Assembly: GCF_006345805.1 (NCBI RefSeq)
Contig: NC_042997.1
Coordinates: 122,264,001-122,328,000, forward strand
Direction of reading: 5' to 3'
Origin: Octopus sinensis
Lineage: Eukaryota
DNA: 64,000 bases
Shown here: positions 23,696 through 37,473 of the stretch, piece after piece
How positions within the stretch are numbered: position 1 is the stretch's first letter
How the letters are laid out: each line of letters starts with the position of its first letter
Notes under the pieces: model-generated
What the model was told of the DNA's origin: nothing
Databases searched by the model: none
What the model saw: only the letters and a program-made list of their open reading frames with translations
Made by a program: the position numbers and the translations under genes

Positions 23696-24432
23696 AAGTG
23701 TTCTTTCATAAGAATGAATTAGACTACACAAATATCTGTATAAACCATCATCTTACTCTTGAAATTACTAAAACTGGATGCAACAGATTACAACCTGTTC
23801 TAGGATATCAACGATAAATTATTATTTATAATAAGAAATTATGAATTATAAAGTAAGAAGGAAAGGAAAGTGCAAGTTAATCATTATTTTATATGTAATC
23901 GGTGCCGACATGATAATTGGACTTTGATGTTGGACATTAAAAAAGAAAACACGGTTATCTACTGTAACTAGACGTATGCAAGTGGCTAATATACAGTAGA
24001 GAAGACAATAGAAGGTTAATTCAAATATATTAAAAACTAAATTTAATCGTGTGGAAACATTTAGATTTATATAATATAGTTATTGGGGAGGAAAATGAAA
24101 TCAAATTCATTCATTCATCATTGAATAGCTGTAGTAGTGGTACAATGAGAAAATTTGGCAGATAAATGCGACATGTTAAAGTCTTATACGTAAAAATTAT
24201 TAATGTTCTCAGTGTATGTTGGCTAAACAATATTTTTATTAATTAGATTAAAGCAAATAAACGATATTTTACGATTGACAAAAATAGTTTGAATTCTTAA
24301 CAGTTTATGCCTCTAAACGGTTGGGGTTAAATTGTAGATTATGACTCATGAGATACTTGTAATTGTAATTAAGGCGAAACGTGTATCCCTGACTAAGTTA
24401 TCGCAGAAAATAATTTCAGGAAAAACTTGATG

Positions 24433-24467
<35 letters not shown>

Positions 24468-24469
<2 letters not shown>

Positions 24470-24591
24470 CCTGCTCGCTTAGCCAGCGGGGTGGCGTCAT
24501 TCAAAGGCTAAAACAATGCGAACGCATTGTGACCAGCGATGTGTAACTACATCTGATGGACTGGTCGGTCACGTGATCACATGATCACGTG

Positions 24592-24593
<2 letters not shown>
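24468..24593. other. Short structured element (126 bp) embedded in (TA)n
   Basis: GC-richer island with pure (TA)n on both sides. Stems TTAGCC/GGCTAA, ACAATGC/GCATTGT, GACCAG/CTGGTC and GATGT/ACATC; ends in TCACGTGATCACATGATCACGTGA. Confidence 0.6.
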
Positions 24594-24635
<42 letters not shown>

Positions 24636-26960
24636 TTACCATGCTTTTGGCGGGGAAGCTAAATCACAACTATGTATGCAATTGATTGGACCGCAAGGGT
24701 ATTTATCGCCCGTGAGGGTCTAATAAATTGTATCGAAGACAAATGCTGCTGATGACTTATAGATAAATATGTGGGTATAATTGCATATTATATTGATAAA
24801 GAAACAATTGTTCAGCATTAATCTATCTTTTCGTTGTATTTCACTTTCCTTACGTTGAAGGTAATGTTATTTCTCTTGTGGAAACAACTTCTGTGGCTAT
24901 ACCAGAATAAGGAGCTATTTCTAGCTCTAGAGTTAACCACTTAGCGGTAACTCTCTTATATTTACGTATAATTTTGTATTGTCTCCCTGGTTTTTATGTG
25001 CTAGGCTACTTGGTGTTAAACTGATGGTATTATTAAATTAATATCTAATTTTTCACCCTCATTTATGAATTTATATATATATATATATAAAAGAAATATA
25101 AAATAAGTACAAATTATGAAAACTGATACATAATGATTAATCGAGGAGATAGATGTAGTCAATTTAGAGCGGAATAACAGGTAATGGGAACATAAGCTGT
25201 GGTAAGAAGAGAAACGTGTGTAAATAAAGATATAATAAGCCTAATATATCGAAAGGGATTCTAATATACAACTGTGTTATGTCTACGGAAGGGTGTTTAC
25301 AGATCTCTCGTTTGCTTGTTTTTGCAGGCATCATAAATCTAACGAAGTGTTGTCGGTTTAGATTTTATAATAATGTTTCTAAATTTGTAAAACGAACAAG
25401 CTGGAGAAAAGAATAATTAGATCCTTTATTCTACCTATCAGCCAAGTGATAACAATTCTTTAGGATGGTTCTTTCGTACTATTCTAGAAGTATCTATTCC
25501 ATGACATAGTGTAGCAATTTAAACAAGAATATTGTTAATTTCTCTTACTCTATCGCAACTAACTGCAAGTAAGATGTCTAACACGAACTTTCTTAATTAT
25601 CAAACTTTTAATAGTTTTAAAAATATAACTCTAAATGCAAGCTACTTTAGGTACTTGAAAAATGATATAACAACTTGGACAATGTAGACTCAGATTTTCT
25701 GCTGCAAGAACAGTGGGGAAGGAATAGAGGATAACTACTAATTGCTTTCTATTAAAACCATGCTTAGATTAGGACTGAATATCAACGACAACATATGATA
25801 GAATGAAGAAGCCATTACACGGAGACTAGGGCCGATATAGTGTGCAGCTAATCATTCAAATTGTACCTGTCACAAATGGAAAAATTGCTTTACAAAACGT
25901 GATCATATATAAAATTAAAAGAAGTGATGGTCACGGTTTGGACGCTTCGATATGATTTCAACGGCCCATGTGAATATGCTGTGCAGTTTGCAAGTTAGTA
26001 TTCCTTTCTGATATGCACTATATTTGCCTTTATTCTCAGCAAGATGAAGTTGGCAGACTTCTTCACTGTCAAGTAATTTCCTGCAGAATATAATTTAATA
26101 AACAGTAAACCACAGTCATAATCACCGAGCATTCATTACGTTGAATGCATTGCAAAGTGGAAGCCATGTTCTAAATTCGATATGTAAATTATATAAATTG
26201 GTGTAGAAGGATATAAAAGAAAGCATGATAATATTGCATATTTCGTCCACACGGAATTATGTGATGATGTAAATTGGGAAGTACAAAGAAATTATATGAT
26301 TATGTGAAAACCTAACTACCAGTATGATCGGGTCATATTGGATTATGTCATACACTGTGAGCATATAATAGATCGTAGGAGGCCCAATACTTTCGCAATT
26401 AACAAATATCAAACGAGTGTAATATAATGAATACTGCAATGTCAAGGGATTTTGGAATTATGATCAAGGAAGAGTAAAAGTTAGCGGTAAATTGATGTAT
26501 CAGCTCATCAGTGAGAAATTGCAAATTTCAGCTTGCAAAAGAAGATACTACATAGCATAACAATAGTGAGATGATCTCTAAAATTTACCTGTTTCTCTTG
26601 GATAAAGAAGAAATGCAAGAAAATAGGAAGCGACCTCAAGTTAACTTATGGCTAAGAAATTTGCTTTCTAGTCACGTGGGTTGAGTTCACCATCAATACA
26701 GAGAAGAAATTTTGTCTTTGTAAATGTTCATTATTATAATCACAAGAGGGCGCAAGCGCTTTCAGAAGAAGCAGATAGCAAATAATTGCATTCAACCTCT
26801 TTCAATGGGTGGTACATATCTTCCGTATTATTCTTATTCCGAATTATTCTTTATCTATCGTCCGATAAAATCCGACCATATTCATTTCCAGAGTCGTTAA
26901 TAACACCCACTTGTTATTGTATTTCAGACGGATGTTAAGATCATCCTTATTTTCTTCCAC

Positions 26961-26992
26961 TATTCTCATTGTCCTGCAGGACAATGAGAATA
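26961..26992. repeat. Perfect 32-bp spacerless palindrome
   Basis: TATTCTCATTGTCCTGCAGGACAATGAGAATA equals its own reverse complement. Confidence 0.97.
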
Positions 26993-28404
26993 TGTTGTGA
27001 GCGCAGCTGAAAATCTTTAAAATTAAGTGAAAAACAAAGAACTACGTAATCCAGAACATGATGTCCATGTTGGATAGCACGATGTCAGCATTTTCTAAAC
27101 AGAAGCATTCCAGTCAAAGCCGTCGTACACTTTTATGAATAGCAAGTAACATATTATCCAACGCATCGTTCTCACTTTACCTTTCTCTTTTTGAAGGTGG
27201 TATGGAGCGATTTGAAGGAAATTAGGCTGCAATGTCGAATGGGTCAGTCACTTACATAAAATATCCCACGAATGGTTGACTACAGTAATATAGGTTATGT
27301 AATTTCAATAGTAAATGAGATTGCTTAATGCACGAAATAGGTATACTATACTTCACGAAATTTCAAACTCTTGAAATATTTACCTTATAGCAAATCAGAA
27401 ATATATCCGAGTATGATCAAACACGAAACGTATATAATATCATTTTCTCTCGTAAAAATGGAATCACAATTTTAGACAATATTTCCGGCAGATTTTTAAA
27501 CAATTGCTCTTATCTTATGTTAAGGAGCGTTTCAGCGAAATCTACCTCATCCTTATATCAAAACACAACATTCCTTTGTTTATAAATATATAGAATATAA
27601 TAAAGGATTTATATGTCTGTACTTGCTTTAGAAGTGCGATTTGCAAGGAAAGAATTAACCAGGTTAGTAGGAATTAAAACTCAATAACATAATACAGCGA
27701 AAGTAAAAGAAAGATTCAAATAGAAATTTCAGACCGTAACTAATATTTTGCACTTTAAACACAGATATCGAATTTTCTCCTACTCCTTTGTGTTTGGTAA
27801 TATCTGACTAATATGAAATATCACGTTCTTCCCAACATCAACAGAATTCACAGAATGTTTACTTTCATCATTTATTGATTCGGTGCACCTGCATTTTCTG
27901 CATTTTACTTTATTCCCAAAGATAATTTCCTTTTCTACTCCAACTACATGAAGGTCAATCGATTTAAAATATTCGTTGATTTTACAAGCATCTTCCTTTC
28001 TAATCAATTTTTTTTCTTTATCCATGAAATCGGGCATTTTTCCTTTCCATTTAGCTTTTGGTATTTAATTGGTCTTACTGATTGAATTTAAGTGAAACAG
28101 GATGCACCAACGCACTATAAAATGTTGCGGTATTTAAACTTAAAGAGATGCCATAATTTGTACAAACTCCATAGAGAATCAAAAACATCAAAAAGGCTCT
28201 TTTTTGCACATAATATTCGAAGAAGTAAAATATACGTTGCTAATTTGAATCATGCAATATTTGGAAATTATAGCTTTACTAAATGTCTCTAAGGTAAATC
28301 ACCGGACTGTACGCCATTAGTATTGAATTAAGCCACAACGACTAAGTTAAAAAGTTGTGCTGCTCATTACTACTACTACTACTACTACTGCTGCTGCTGC
28401 AAAT

Positions 28405-28625
28405 AATGCTTTCTACTATAGAGACAAAGATTGAAGTTTGGCGCGGTGTGGGGTCTAGTCGATTGCATAAACCCCAGCAACTGACTAGAGCTTATTTTCT
28501 TTATCGACCTCGAGACCTTAAAAAAGCAAACTCTTCCTCGCCAATACTTGCACTCAGAACGTAAAGAGGCGGAAGAAAATCTACTAAGCTTTCTATCCGA
28601 TGCGCTAAATGTTCTGACATTTTTG
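28405..28625 (-). mobile_element. Diverged SINE family 3 copy with (CTA)n(CTG)n tail at 28370-28400
   Basis: TTTCTACTATAG..CAAAG, CTAGTCGATT, TTTATCGACC and CACTCAGAACGTAAAGA match the 34411-35136 copies. Confidence 0.65.
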
Positions 28626-29649
28626 TGAAGTTGACACCATCGTCCCTCCCGATGTCTTCCGTTCGTTCTCTTACCGGCGGCTCTAACAGGATGAAGCTTA
28701 TAGAAATATTTATGTATTAGCAGTGAAAATATAAAGTAGGGGTCCAGTTAGAATTTACTTCTGGTCGAGTAGCCCATCCAGCTCAAAAGGTCCCTGAATA
28801 AGGATTGTGTAAGGATGTTGAACGAGCCACCCATTTTCCAAAGGTAAATTATTTAAACCTCCAAGAGTTCCTTTCAACACACGGCTATAATGCTCCCCCA
28901 CTTATTCTGCTCGTGGTCAGAATTGTACATATCGTCGGCCACTAAGAGACATGCTCAAATGGTTAAGGTTAAACAGCTGACATGAAAATATGTGGTATTG
29001 AGCAGAATATTTGCTGTAGCCCATCTTTTATATCACGACAAAGCAATGTACATTATAACACTTCCAATCAGTTAAGAGCAGAAGCCATGAGAGCCACTTT
29101 CTTATACTGTATAAGAGGCATTTATTATTATTATTATTATCAACATCATCATCGTCGTCTATACACAGCATATAACGCTTATTAAAATGTATACTTGAAA
29201 ATAATTAAGCAGAGTTATACATGGAGCATAGTGAAAACGCTCAAAACCGTGATTCGGTGAAATGCAAGACAATAGCTTGAGAAGAATAACGTGCGCAGCG
29301 AAAAGTCGCTGCTTTTGAGACATAGATGTTGTGGCAAGTTTGGAAACGCACGGTAATACACACTTTATCCCTGGATGTGAAAATACGAGCGAGTTGGAAG
29401 CTGAAACGAGTACAACGAGCTTCGAAGGAGAAAGCATATTGCAGTAATGGTAGGAAACATCAAAGATGAACGTTAAATGAAGAAAAAAATTGCTTTTTCT
29501 TAAGAATTACTCCTAACATAAAGCTTGTCTTTACTGCAGGCCATTTCCAAACTAAATTTATAGAAGCATGTTAAGCCAATTAACAATACATGGAAGTGAT
29601 ATATTAATTTTGCTTAGCTACATTATGTCCAACTCATGTGAGCAGTATA

Positions 29650-31620
29650 AAGGTGATTCCCGATTGGTAATAAAGTAAAAAGAAAGAACAAGAAATGAAG
29701 GAAACATAATCCAAACCCTTTGGAATGGAATGTACATAAATTCATCATAAATAAGACAAAAAGAAAGAACCCACCTGAAATATGAGGAGAATAACACTTA
29801 AATCATGCACTCTGGGAAATAAAAATACGTATGAACGGGCACAGAAAACTATACGTTGTTACAAACGGATGAAATAAGAATCAGTCACTCACAAAGCACA
29901 TAAGCCTCCACGAAAGAAGGGAAACTCTAAGGAAATGACCGTAAAAATCTACAAACAGCAAAAAGAATGAAATTATTGTAAAATCTATTCAGCACACCCA
30001 AGTAAACGCCCACTCACGCCTGCTAACACACATCCACACACACACTACGCTGCTATACTAGAACTGTGAAACAGAGATAAACGTCAAATGATTAATTTCA
30101 CAGAAGTGCCAAAGTATTCCCACTGAAAAGTCAAACCAAATACCAAACAAGTGTATTAAAGGCATAATCTCAAAAAAGCACAACCTCTAAAACAACCCTA
30201 AATAGAATATAAACCCTCAGCGCAACAAATCATCAAAAGCTATGATTGATGAGAACCTACCAAATAATAACGAAAATAGAAGATGAACGAAATCGACCAA
30301 CATGGATTAAGTGAGAACCCTACAAATACTACTCGCGAATAGGGACTTTACTAAAATAATAGATAGACATAGCAAAGCCCCACAACAAATTATGTTCTCG
30401 GATAAAGCGACGTAAATATGAGCTGACTGTTCAATCTATTCGCTAAATTTGATAGCATGGAAGAAAATCAGTTTTCGATACAATAACCATATACTATACA
30501 CCATATAACATTAATTGAAATGGATAAATAAAATTATCCTTACCGAGTGATAGGAGCATTATAATAAACAAACAGATTGGTGTCTTCTTAAAAATATAAT
30601 GTAATTTTGAATCAAGTACCGAACACTTTTACAGGATATAGAACACGTAGAGAAAAATAGTAACAGAGGAAGTATAGCACACCATATGTGGTATAGAATT
30701 CAGGAACACGAAAAGAAAATATCAAAACAACTCGAAAGTTCTGTCTGTGACAAAGTTTCCAATTTCGTGTGTAACTGATAGACACAAAAATATGACAACA
30801 GCTTTCAATGCAGTTATTAACAGAATATAGTCAATACCCGAATCCTTAATGGAGAGAAAATAATATCGTTTAAAATTAAAGAAAAACATTTGTCGACATA
30901 AAATGACAGTCCTATAACTTACTTGCCAAGACTTACGAAACAAATACGTTTGTATATTACTACAGGTTGACAGCTCATCTGAAAAAAATTGTTATGATAG
31001 CAGAGGAGAATACAGAGAGGTGGAAAGGGATACAAGAGTGCAAAGAAACAAACAAGCAAATCAAACAATTATGAAATAGAGAATAACATGAGAAAAGAAA
31101 ACATGCTCCGGAATACACTATCAAATCAATAGTACAGCTTCCTCAGTAGATACTTTGTACATCTCCATCCACACACAATCACCACTCAATACAATAACAT
31201 AGCCACCACACATTAAAACAACACAGCACATGTCCTTACATAACTAATATCCGATTTATAACCCTTTTCATGCATCATCGAAATATCCCACATCATATAC
31301 TGTGCACAATTCCAATCCAATAACATTATCCATTCTATAGAGAAATCGGCCGCATTGCAAAATGTAACAAGACATATGTACAAAACACAAACATTGTACG
31401 AGAAAATAAAGCAACGTACATAATGGAAATTCTCTGTAGCATTCAGAAGACAAAATCATCAAAACACGAAAGAAGTCAAGAATTAAAGAATCAAAACATG
31501 TATTACAGTGACCAGATTTTGTATTACTAAACACAGTTGTACACACACCAGGAATATGCTGAAGAAGCTTGTCTGAAAGTGTGTTTTGTCATAAGCCAAG
31601 TTTATGCCAATAACCTTTGG
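29650..31620 (+). mobile_element. Ancient, heavily decayed PLE-like element
   Basis: About 2 kb of strongly A-biased sequence with, in PLE order, VDTLYISIH (about 31147, cf. RT DV.SLYT.IP), HIIYC..(Y)I(G)EIGR (about 31290-31350, cf. GIY-YIG) and CTGAAGA-AG..CT-GAAA (31559-31578). The 5' boundary is uncertain. Confidence 0.45.
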
Positions 31621-31963
31621 TAAACGATGCTCTTCATCAATGACCCATCAAAAGACAGCGAGGCATGACAAACTAAACTTCTAACCGTATCGCTTCCACA
31701 TCTCGGCATATTAAAATTCCACAGCTTTAAGTACGCGCAAATCGTTCATTCAGAGAAGTACTGAAGCTCTACAGGTGAAAATATAAACAAAACCACAACA
31801 CCTAGAGGAACTTATCCGGCTTCCAAAACGGGACTGAATTTACCCGATAACTCAACATCTGCAAGAGACTATCTGCACTGGAAAGGATAACTTCGTGCAT
31901 CGTGCAGATTTCAAACAAAAACCTAATCGGCAGCCGATAGTTTTCAGCCCATATGAAGAGTAT

Positions 31964-32200
31964 TTTACCGAGTATTGTTTTATTCTTTCCTTTTTTATTC
32001 TGTTATTTGTTTCAGTTATTTGACTGCGGCCAGGCTGGAGCACCGCTTTAAATCGAACAAATCGACCCCAAGACTCATTCTTTGTAAGACTAGTACTCAT
32101 TCTAAGTTACAGGGACGTAATCACACCAGCATCGCTTGTCAAGCGATAGTGGGTAGACAAATACTGGCGCACAGATATACACACACGTAAAAATACACAT

Positions 32201-32235
<35 letters not shown>

Positions 32236-32300
32236 CACACACATATATGATGGGCTTCTTTCAGTTTCAGTCAACAAAACCCACTCACAAGACTTTGGTT
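31964..32300 (-). mobile_element. SINE family 1 copy lacking its head; followed by a SINE family 3 3' half (about 32300-32410, plus strand)
   Basis: Same tail, microsatellite and GGGCTTCTTTCAGTTTC module order as 22-420. Confidence 0.8.
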
Positions 32301-33056
32301 TTCATGATTTTAGGGTTGATAAGTATCAGTTGAACACTGGGATCGATGTAACCTACACATCCCATCTCCAAAATTGCTGCCTTAGTGGCAAAATTTGAGA
32401 CCATTATTAATAGGAAAGTAGTAGTAGTTGCTGTGTTGTTGTTGTTGGTGGTAGTAGTAGTCGTGAGATTGGTGTAGGAAGATACCTCGGTGATTCTAGT
32501 CCTGTTGGTGGTTAAGATGCTAGTATCATTTTTATCAACTATTGTTTATATTTCTGCTTTTTTGTTACAACTAGAATCATTATCGAAGTTCCTACACAAA
32601 GTTCTACTGTTATTTTTAATACGAACAGCCTTTCAAAGTATTATAGTCGCTGCTACTGCTGGTTGCTTTACTATTTATAATATGCTATTCTGGTTACTGT
32701 TGCTGCTACTGCTTTTGTTTGTACTACTGAGTTGCCTCTATGGTATATAGAACGTCAGCTACTATTAGCGTCTAATGTAAGCGAACGCATTTTTTTTTCA
32801 TACTTATGGACGGAAGCGGAAATATTCCAATTGTAAGATGAATAGTCCGCAGGTTTTCTAGTTGCGATTCTAAATTTTAAAACATTTCTTCGTAGGAAGA
32901 ACTCTTATTCTTGAATATTCGAAACACAGTTCAATTTTTACCTCCACAAATAAACATAATAGCGATAATATAAATAACCCCCCCCCCAGTCATGGATACG
33001 TGTCCGTGTGTATGTATATATGCGTATATTTATAACGGCGCATACGCGTGTGTGTG

Positions 33057-33105
<49 letters not shown>

Positions 33106-33140
33106 TTGCACGTGTGCGTTTTTGTGTGTGTGTGTGTGTC

Positions 33141-33333
33141 CCGCCACCATCACTGCTCAACCGACGTTCTTGTGTTTACGTCACCATAACTTAGCGGTTC
33201 GGCAACAGACGGTTAGAATAAGTACTAGGCTTACAAAGAATAAGTCCCGAGTCGATTTCTTCCACTAAAAATAATTAAGGCGGTGCTCCATCGTAGCCGC
33301 AGTCAAAAGATTGAAACATGTAAAAGAATAAAA
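33141..33333 (+). mobile_element. SINE family 1 tail only, after a (TG)n tract
   Basis: CATAACTTAGCGGTTCGGC..GAATAAGTACTAGGCTTACAAAGAATAAGTCC..AAGGCGGTGCTCCA. Confidence 0.8.
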
Positions 33334-33334
33334 C

Positions 33335-33368
<34 letters not shown>

Positions 33369-33860
33369 AACGTGTGTATACACTTACGTAAATATACGTT
33401 GTTTGCGAGTGTGTGCGTGTAATATATGATTATATTTATCAAACATATTATTCACGTAAGATTGAATGAATTTTTTTCGTATATTTAGATATATGCAAAT
33501 GTTATCTTGCGAACAGAGGTCGCTTAAGTGTTACTCATAGATCAAATGAAGGTTTCATTTTTTATTTTAAAGAATCTATAGTACCTACTCATATTTCAGG
33601 GACGAAGAGTACTATTTATATTTCATAATAAACGCTGCCTGAGCAATATAAAGGAGTGATATTTACACTTGCAGTAGGTGATGGCCAAATATTTAACTTT
33701 TATTGAAACTCACTCTTCTAAGCATCCACAATCTCGTGGCAGGTTAATTCACGCAAATGTCTTTAACGTTATGAAATGGAAACAACATTGTAAAAATAAA
33801 TTAATATCTACGTCACAATTTAAAAAAATACACACACACACTCACACTCACACGTATAAA

Positions 33861-34250
33861 GGCGCTGACGTGGCTGTGCGGTAAGAAGCTTGTTTACCAA
33901 CCACTTGCTCCGGGTTCTGTCCCACTGCGTGCCAACTTGGGAAGGTGTCTTCTGTTGTTGCGTCGGGCCGAACAAAGCCTTGTGAGTGGATCTGGTTGAT
34001 GGAAACTGAAATAAGCACGTCGTGTACACACACATATATATATATATATGTATGTTTATCTGTGTTTGTCCCCCCCCCCAGCATCGCTTGACAACCCATG
34101 CCGGTGTGTTTACGTCCCCGTAACTTTGCGGCTCGGCAAAAGAGACCGATTGAATAAGTACTAGGCTTACAAAGAATAAGTCCTGGTGTCGATTTGTTCG
34201 ACTAAAGGCGGTTCTCCAGCATGGCTGCAGTCAAATGACTGAAAAAATAA
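33861..34250 (+). mobile_element. SINE family 1, full-length copy
   Basis: GGCGCTGACGTGGCTGTGCGGTAAG..GGGTTCTGTCCC head, internal (TA/TG)n at about 34025-34068, tail ending TGACTGAAAAAATAAAAG. Confidence 0.85.
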
Positions 34251-34266
34251 AGGATTTAAAAAATAA

Positions 34267-34319
<53 letters not shown>

Positions 34320-34410
34320 AGTGTGTGTATGTGCGTGCGATGTTTGTGTGTATGTGTGTGTGAAACACGTGCTTGTCGTGAGTAACAATTTAGAAAGCAG
34401 TAAAATAATC

Positions 34411-35136
34411 ATTTCCACTCTAGGCACAACGCCCGAAATTTTGGAGGAGGGGGCCAGTCAATTAGATTGACTCCAGTGTGCAACTGGTACTTAATTTATC
34501 AAACCCGAATGGATAAAAGACAAAGTCGGCGGAATTTGAAATCAGAATGTAGAGACAAACGAAATACCGCGAAGCATTCTTTTCTACTTTAGGCACAAGG
34601 CCCGAAATTTTGTGGGAGGGGTCCCGTCCATTGGATCGACTACAGTGCGCAACTGGTACTTAATTTATCGACTCTGAAAGGATGAAAGGCAAATTTGACC
34701 TCGGCTGAATTTGAAGTCAGAACGTAAGACAGACGAAATACCAGTAAGCATTTCGCGTGGCGCGCTAAATTTTCTGCCAGTTCACCGTTTTAAAAATATG
34801 AAATATAAAGTCCACATCGGCTGCATTTGAACTCAAAACCTAAAGACGAACGAAATGCCGATAAGTATTTTGCATGGCGTGCAAAATGTTCTGTCAGCTC
34901 GCCGCCCAAATTCGATGTAAACATTCTTTTCTACTCTTGCAACAAGGCCCAAAAGTTTTGGGAGGGAGCCAGTCGATTAGATCGACTCCAGTACGCTACT
35001 GGTACTTAATTTATCGACCCCGAAAAGATGAAAGGCAAAGTCGACCTCAGCGGAATTTGAACTCAGAACTTAAAAACAGACGAAATACGGCTAGGCATTT
35101 CTCTCGGCGCGCTAACTTTTCTAACAGCTCGCCGCC
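34411..35136 (-). mobile_element. Head-to-tail array of four SINE family 3 units, tail type 2
   Basis: Units at about 34411-34578, 34579-34787, 34823-34907 (head only) and 34923-35136. Confidence 0.88.
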
Positions 35137-36380
35137 TTAAAGTAATGAAAATAATGATTGATTAATGAATTTTTTTTCAGGGTTCCCGACACTCGCGTAA
35201 CATACACAGCAAACTTATTTTACCTTCTGACTCACATTTTCAAAAAAAAACATGAATTTTTCTAGTACGGAAGGGCACCAGAGATACTACCTCACTGAGT
35301 GGAAATAATATAAATAATCGTGGTCTTCCCAATATGTGTAGGTTTACAACTGCATCAGCAGAGAAGAGGCAGCGACTGTATTATTACTTTTCAGTGACAA
35401 TATGTGAAAGAAAAAAACAACATTGATTTTAATATTTCTTCAGTCGATAAAATAAACATAAGGTCTTAGAAATATCATTGGCCACAGAAGAGACAACTAC
35501 TACTACTAGTTGATGTAGTAGTAGTTGTTGTTAGTGTTTAATGCACACAGAAAATATAAATATAAAATATTGAGAGTAACATTACTGTTTTTGTCAGTTG
35601 AAATATGTCTGTTATTCACTCAGCTGCGAATGGAAAAAGTGTGAACCGACAGTAATAGTGACAATGGCGGCAAATGTAGAATTGAAAGCAGCAGCAACAG
35701 CAACACTGAATGCTATAGCAGTTGGAGACTGGTAATAGCAACAAGCGAAACAAAATCCTACAATGATGTAGCACACACAGATATGTATGTGTGTATATCC
35801 GTATGAATGTGTGTGTGTATATTTGCATGTATATAGCTAGATATACATTATGTATATTACCCTCATATATACGTGTGCATTTGTGTAAATAAACGCACAC
35901 TCAATTACTAATGAACATATGACAAAGGACGGGAGTTACGTAATCACTTTTGTCTTGTAAATATTGAGGCTAAAAGTGTTTCAAGCCTTGAAATAACTCT
36001 GAGGAAGCTATAAGTGCAACACTAGTATAGCACCCTAGGTGCACGGCACGTTATAATCACAACAGATGTAAGCTATTACAGATTATAAGGTGACTCATTG
36101 TCATTTATTTATCAATTTAATTTTTAACGTTTGTATTCATTCGCGAGTCTGCATATAAGTCCTTACTGGAGGACATCAAACAAGTCACACGCTTTCACCA
36201 TTGAAACTTCATGCTCTTTTGAATATGATTGAGTTTTCAAAAAATCATTATTGGTGGCATATTGGCTAAGTGGTGTCATAATTTCGAAAAAAATAGCCAA
36301 CTATTCACAGACTCTCCCTTCTTTTGAACATGTCTTTCATGCATTAGTTACTATGCTCCATCCAGCTAAGTTTCGTTGGC

Positions 36381-36418
<38 letters not shown>

Positions 36419-37271
36419 TTTACAAACATGTAACACTCTGTTATCTCATTCTTTTATCTTTACATCTTTTTGCTTCTTTGGTACTTGAACCAGTAAATTT
36501 CTTCGTACTGCAAATTGTTAACTGCTAAGCAAACATTGTAAATGAAATATTGCCAAATTCTAGGAGCCTCTAAAATTATGCAAACTGAGGTTAAAATTTG
36601 TAATGCAAACTGTTTACCTTTATTTGATTCAAACATCTAAAGGTAATATATTCAGTCATCATTTGCAATAAAGAATAATAGATATGAACAATAATTTCAA
36701 GATAAATCAGTTAATATTTGTAGGGAAAATAAGGAAAAGTCTTTTTTGCCGAAAGGAACACTTTTACTATTTGTTTTGGAAGTTGATTCTTCTAAATAAA
36801 AAGTTTGCATAAATTTTCAAGTGGAAAATGCGTAAATTTGTAAAAAAAAAATGTAATGCAAATTCAAAATATATTTGTAGCGCTAAACATTTGCAAATGT
36901 GCAAAAAGATAAAGATGATACATGATAAAAAATTGTGTAGAATGTCTATCGTTTACCTGCCGCCCCTGGTAAGTAAAAGTTTATCACTCAAAAAGTGAAG
37001 ACGAATTTGTTTTGAAAAGTGAATTTGTTTTGCCAGAAAATTAAAGAGGAACAAAGGTTTTCCCAGGAATAATATTATGTAGGAGAAACAACATTCAAAA
37101 ATAAATAGAGGACAGTTGATCTGTGGCTTAGATATTATAAAACCATCTTACGTGACGAAACATGTTGAAAGACTAAAAAACTAGTCTGAAAGGACAAGTG
37201 ACTAAATAAACGTGACACTGTTGCTAATTGCACGCAGTTACATTCGTATTTGGTATATGAATATTTATAGT

Positions 37272-37450
37272 GGAGGGGCGTGGCTTAGTGGTTAGGGTGC
37301 TAGATTCATCATCGTAAGATTGTGGTTTCGCTTACTGGACAAGGCGAGACGATGTGTTCTCAGCAAAACACTTCATTTTCACGTTGCTCTAGTCCACTCA
37401 GTTAGCAAAAATGAGTTATCCTGCTAAGGATACGCGTCGCGTCCAAGTGG
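37272..37450 (+). mobile_element. tRNA-derived SINE family 4 (CORE-like), diverged
   Basis: GGCGTGGCTTAGTGGTTAGG A-box, degenerate B-box GGTTTCGCTTAC, then TGTTCTCAGCAAAACACTTCATTTTCAC (CORE-like). Confidence 0.6.
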
Positions 37451-37473
37451 AGACTGTAAAAAGTGCGGTGATC

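Noticed and set aside
28770-29460. Possible LINE/RTE 3' remnants
   Set aside because: They resemble repeats I recall, but there is no second copy in the window and the peptide match (AAFET*MLW) is too weak.
34411-35136. CRISPR-like or prokaryotic array reading of regularly recurring motifs
   Set aside because: The units are roughly 200-bp SINE copies without unique spacers, in a eukaryotic context with no cas-like ORFs.
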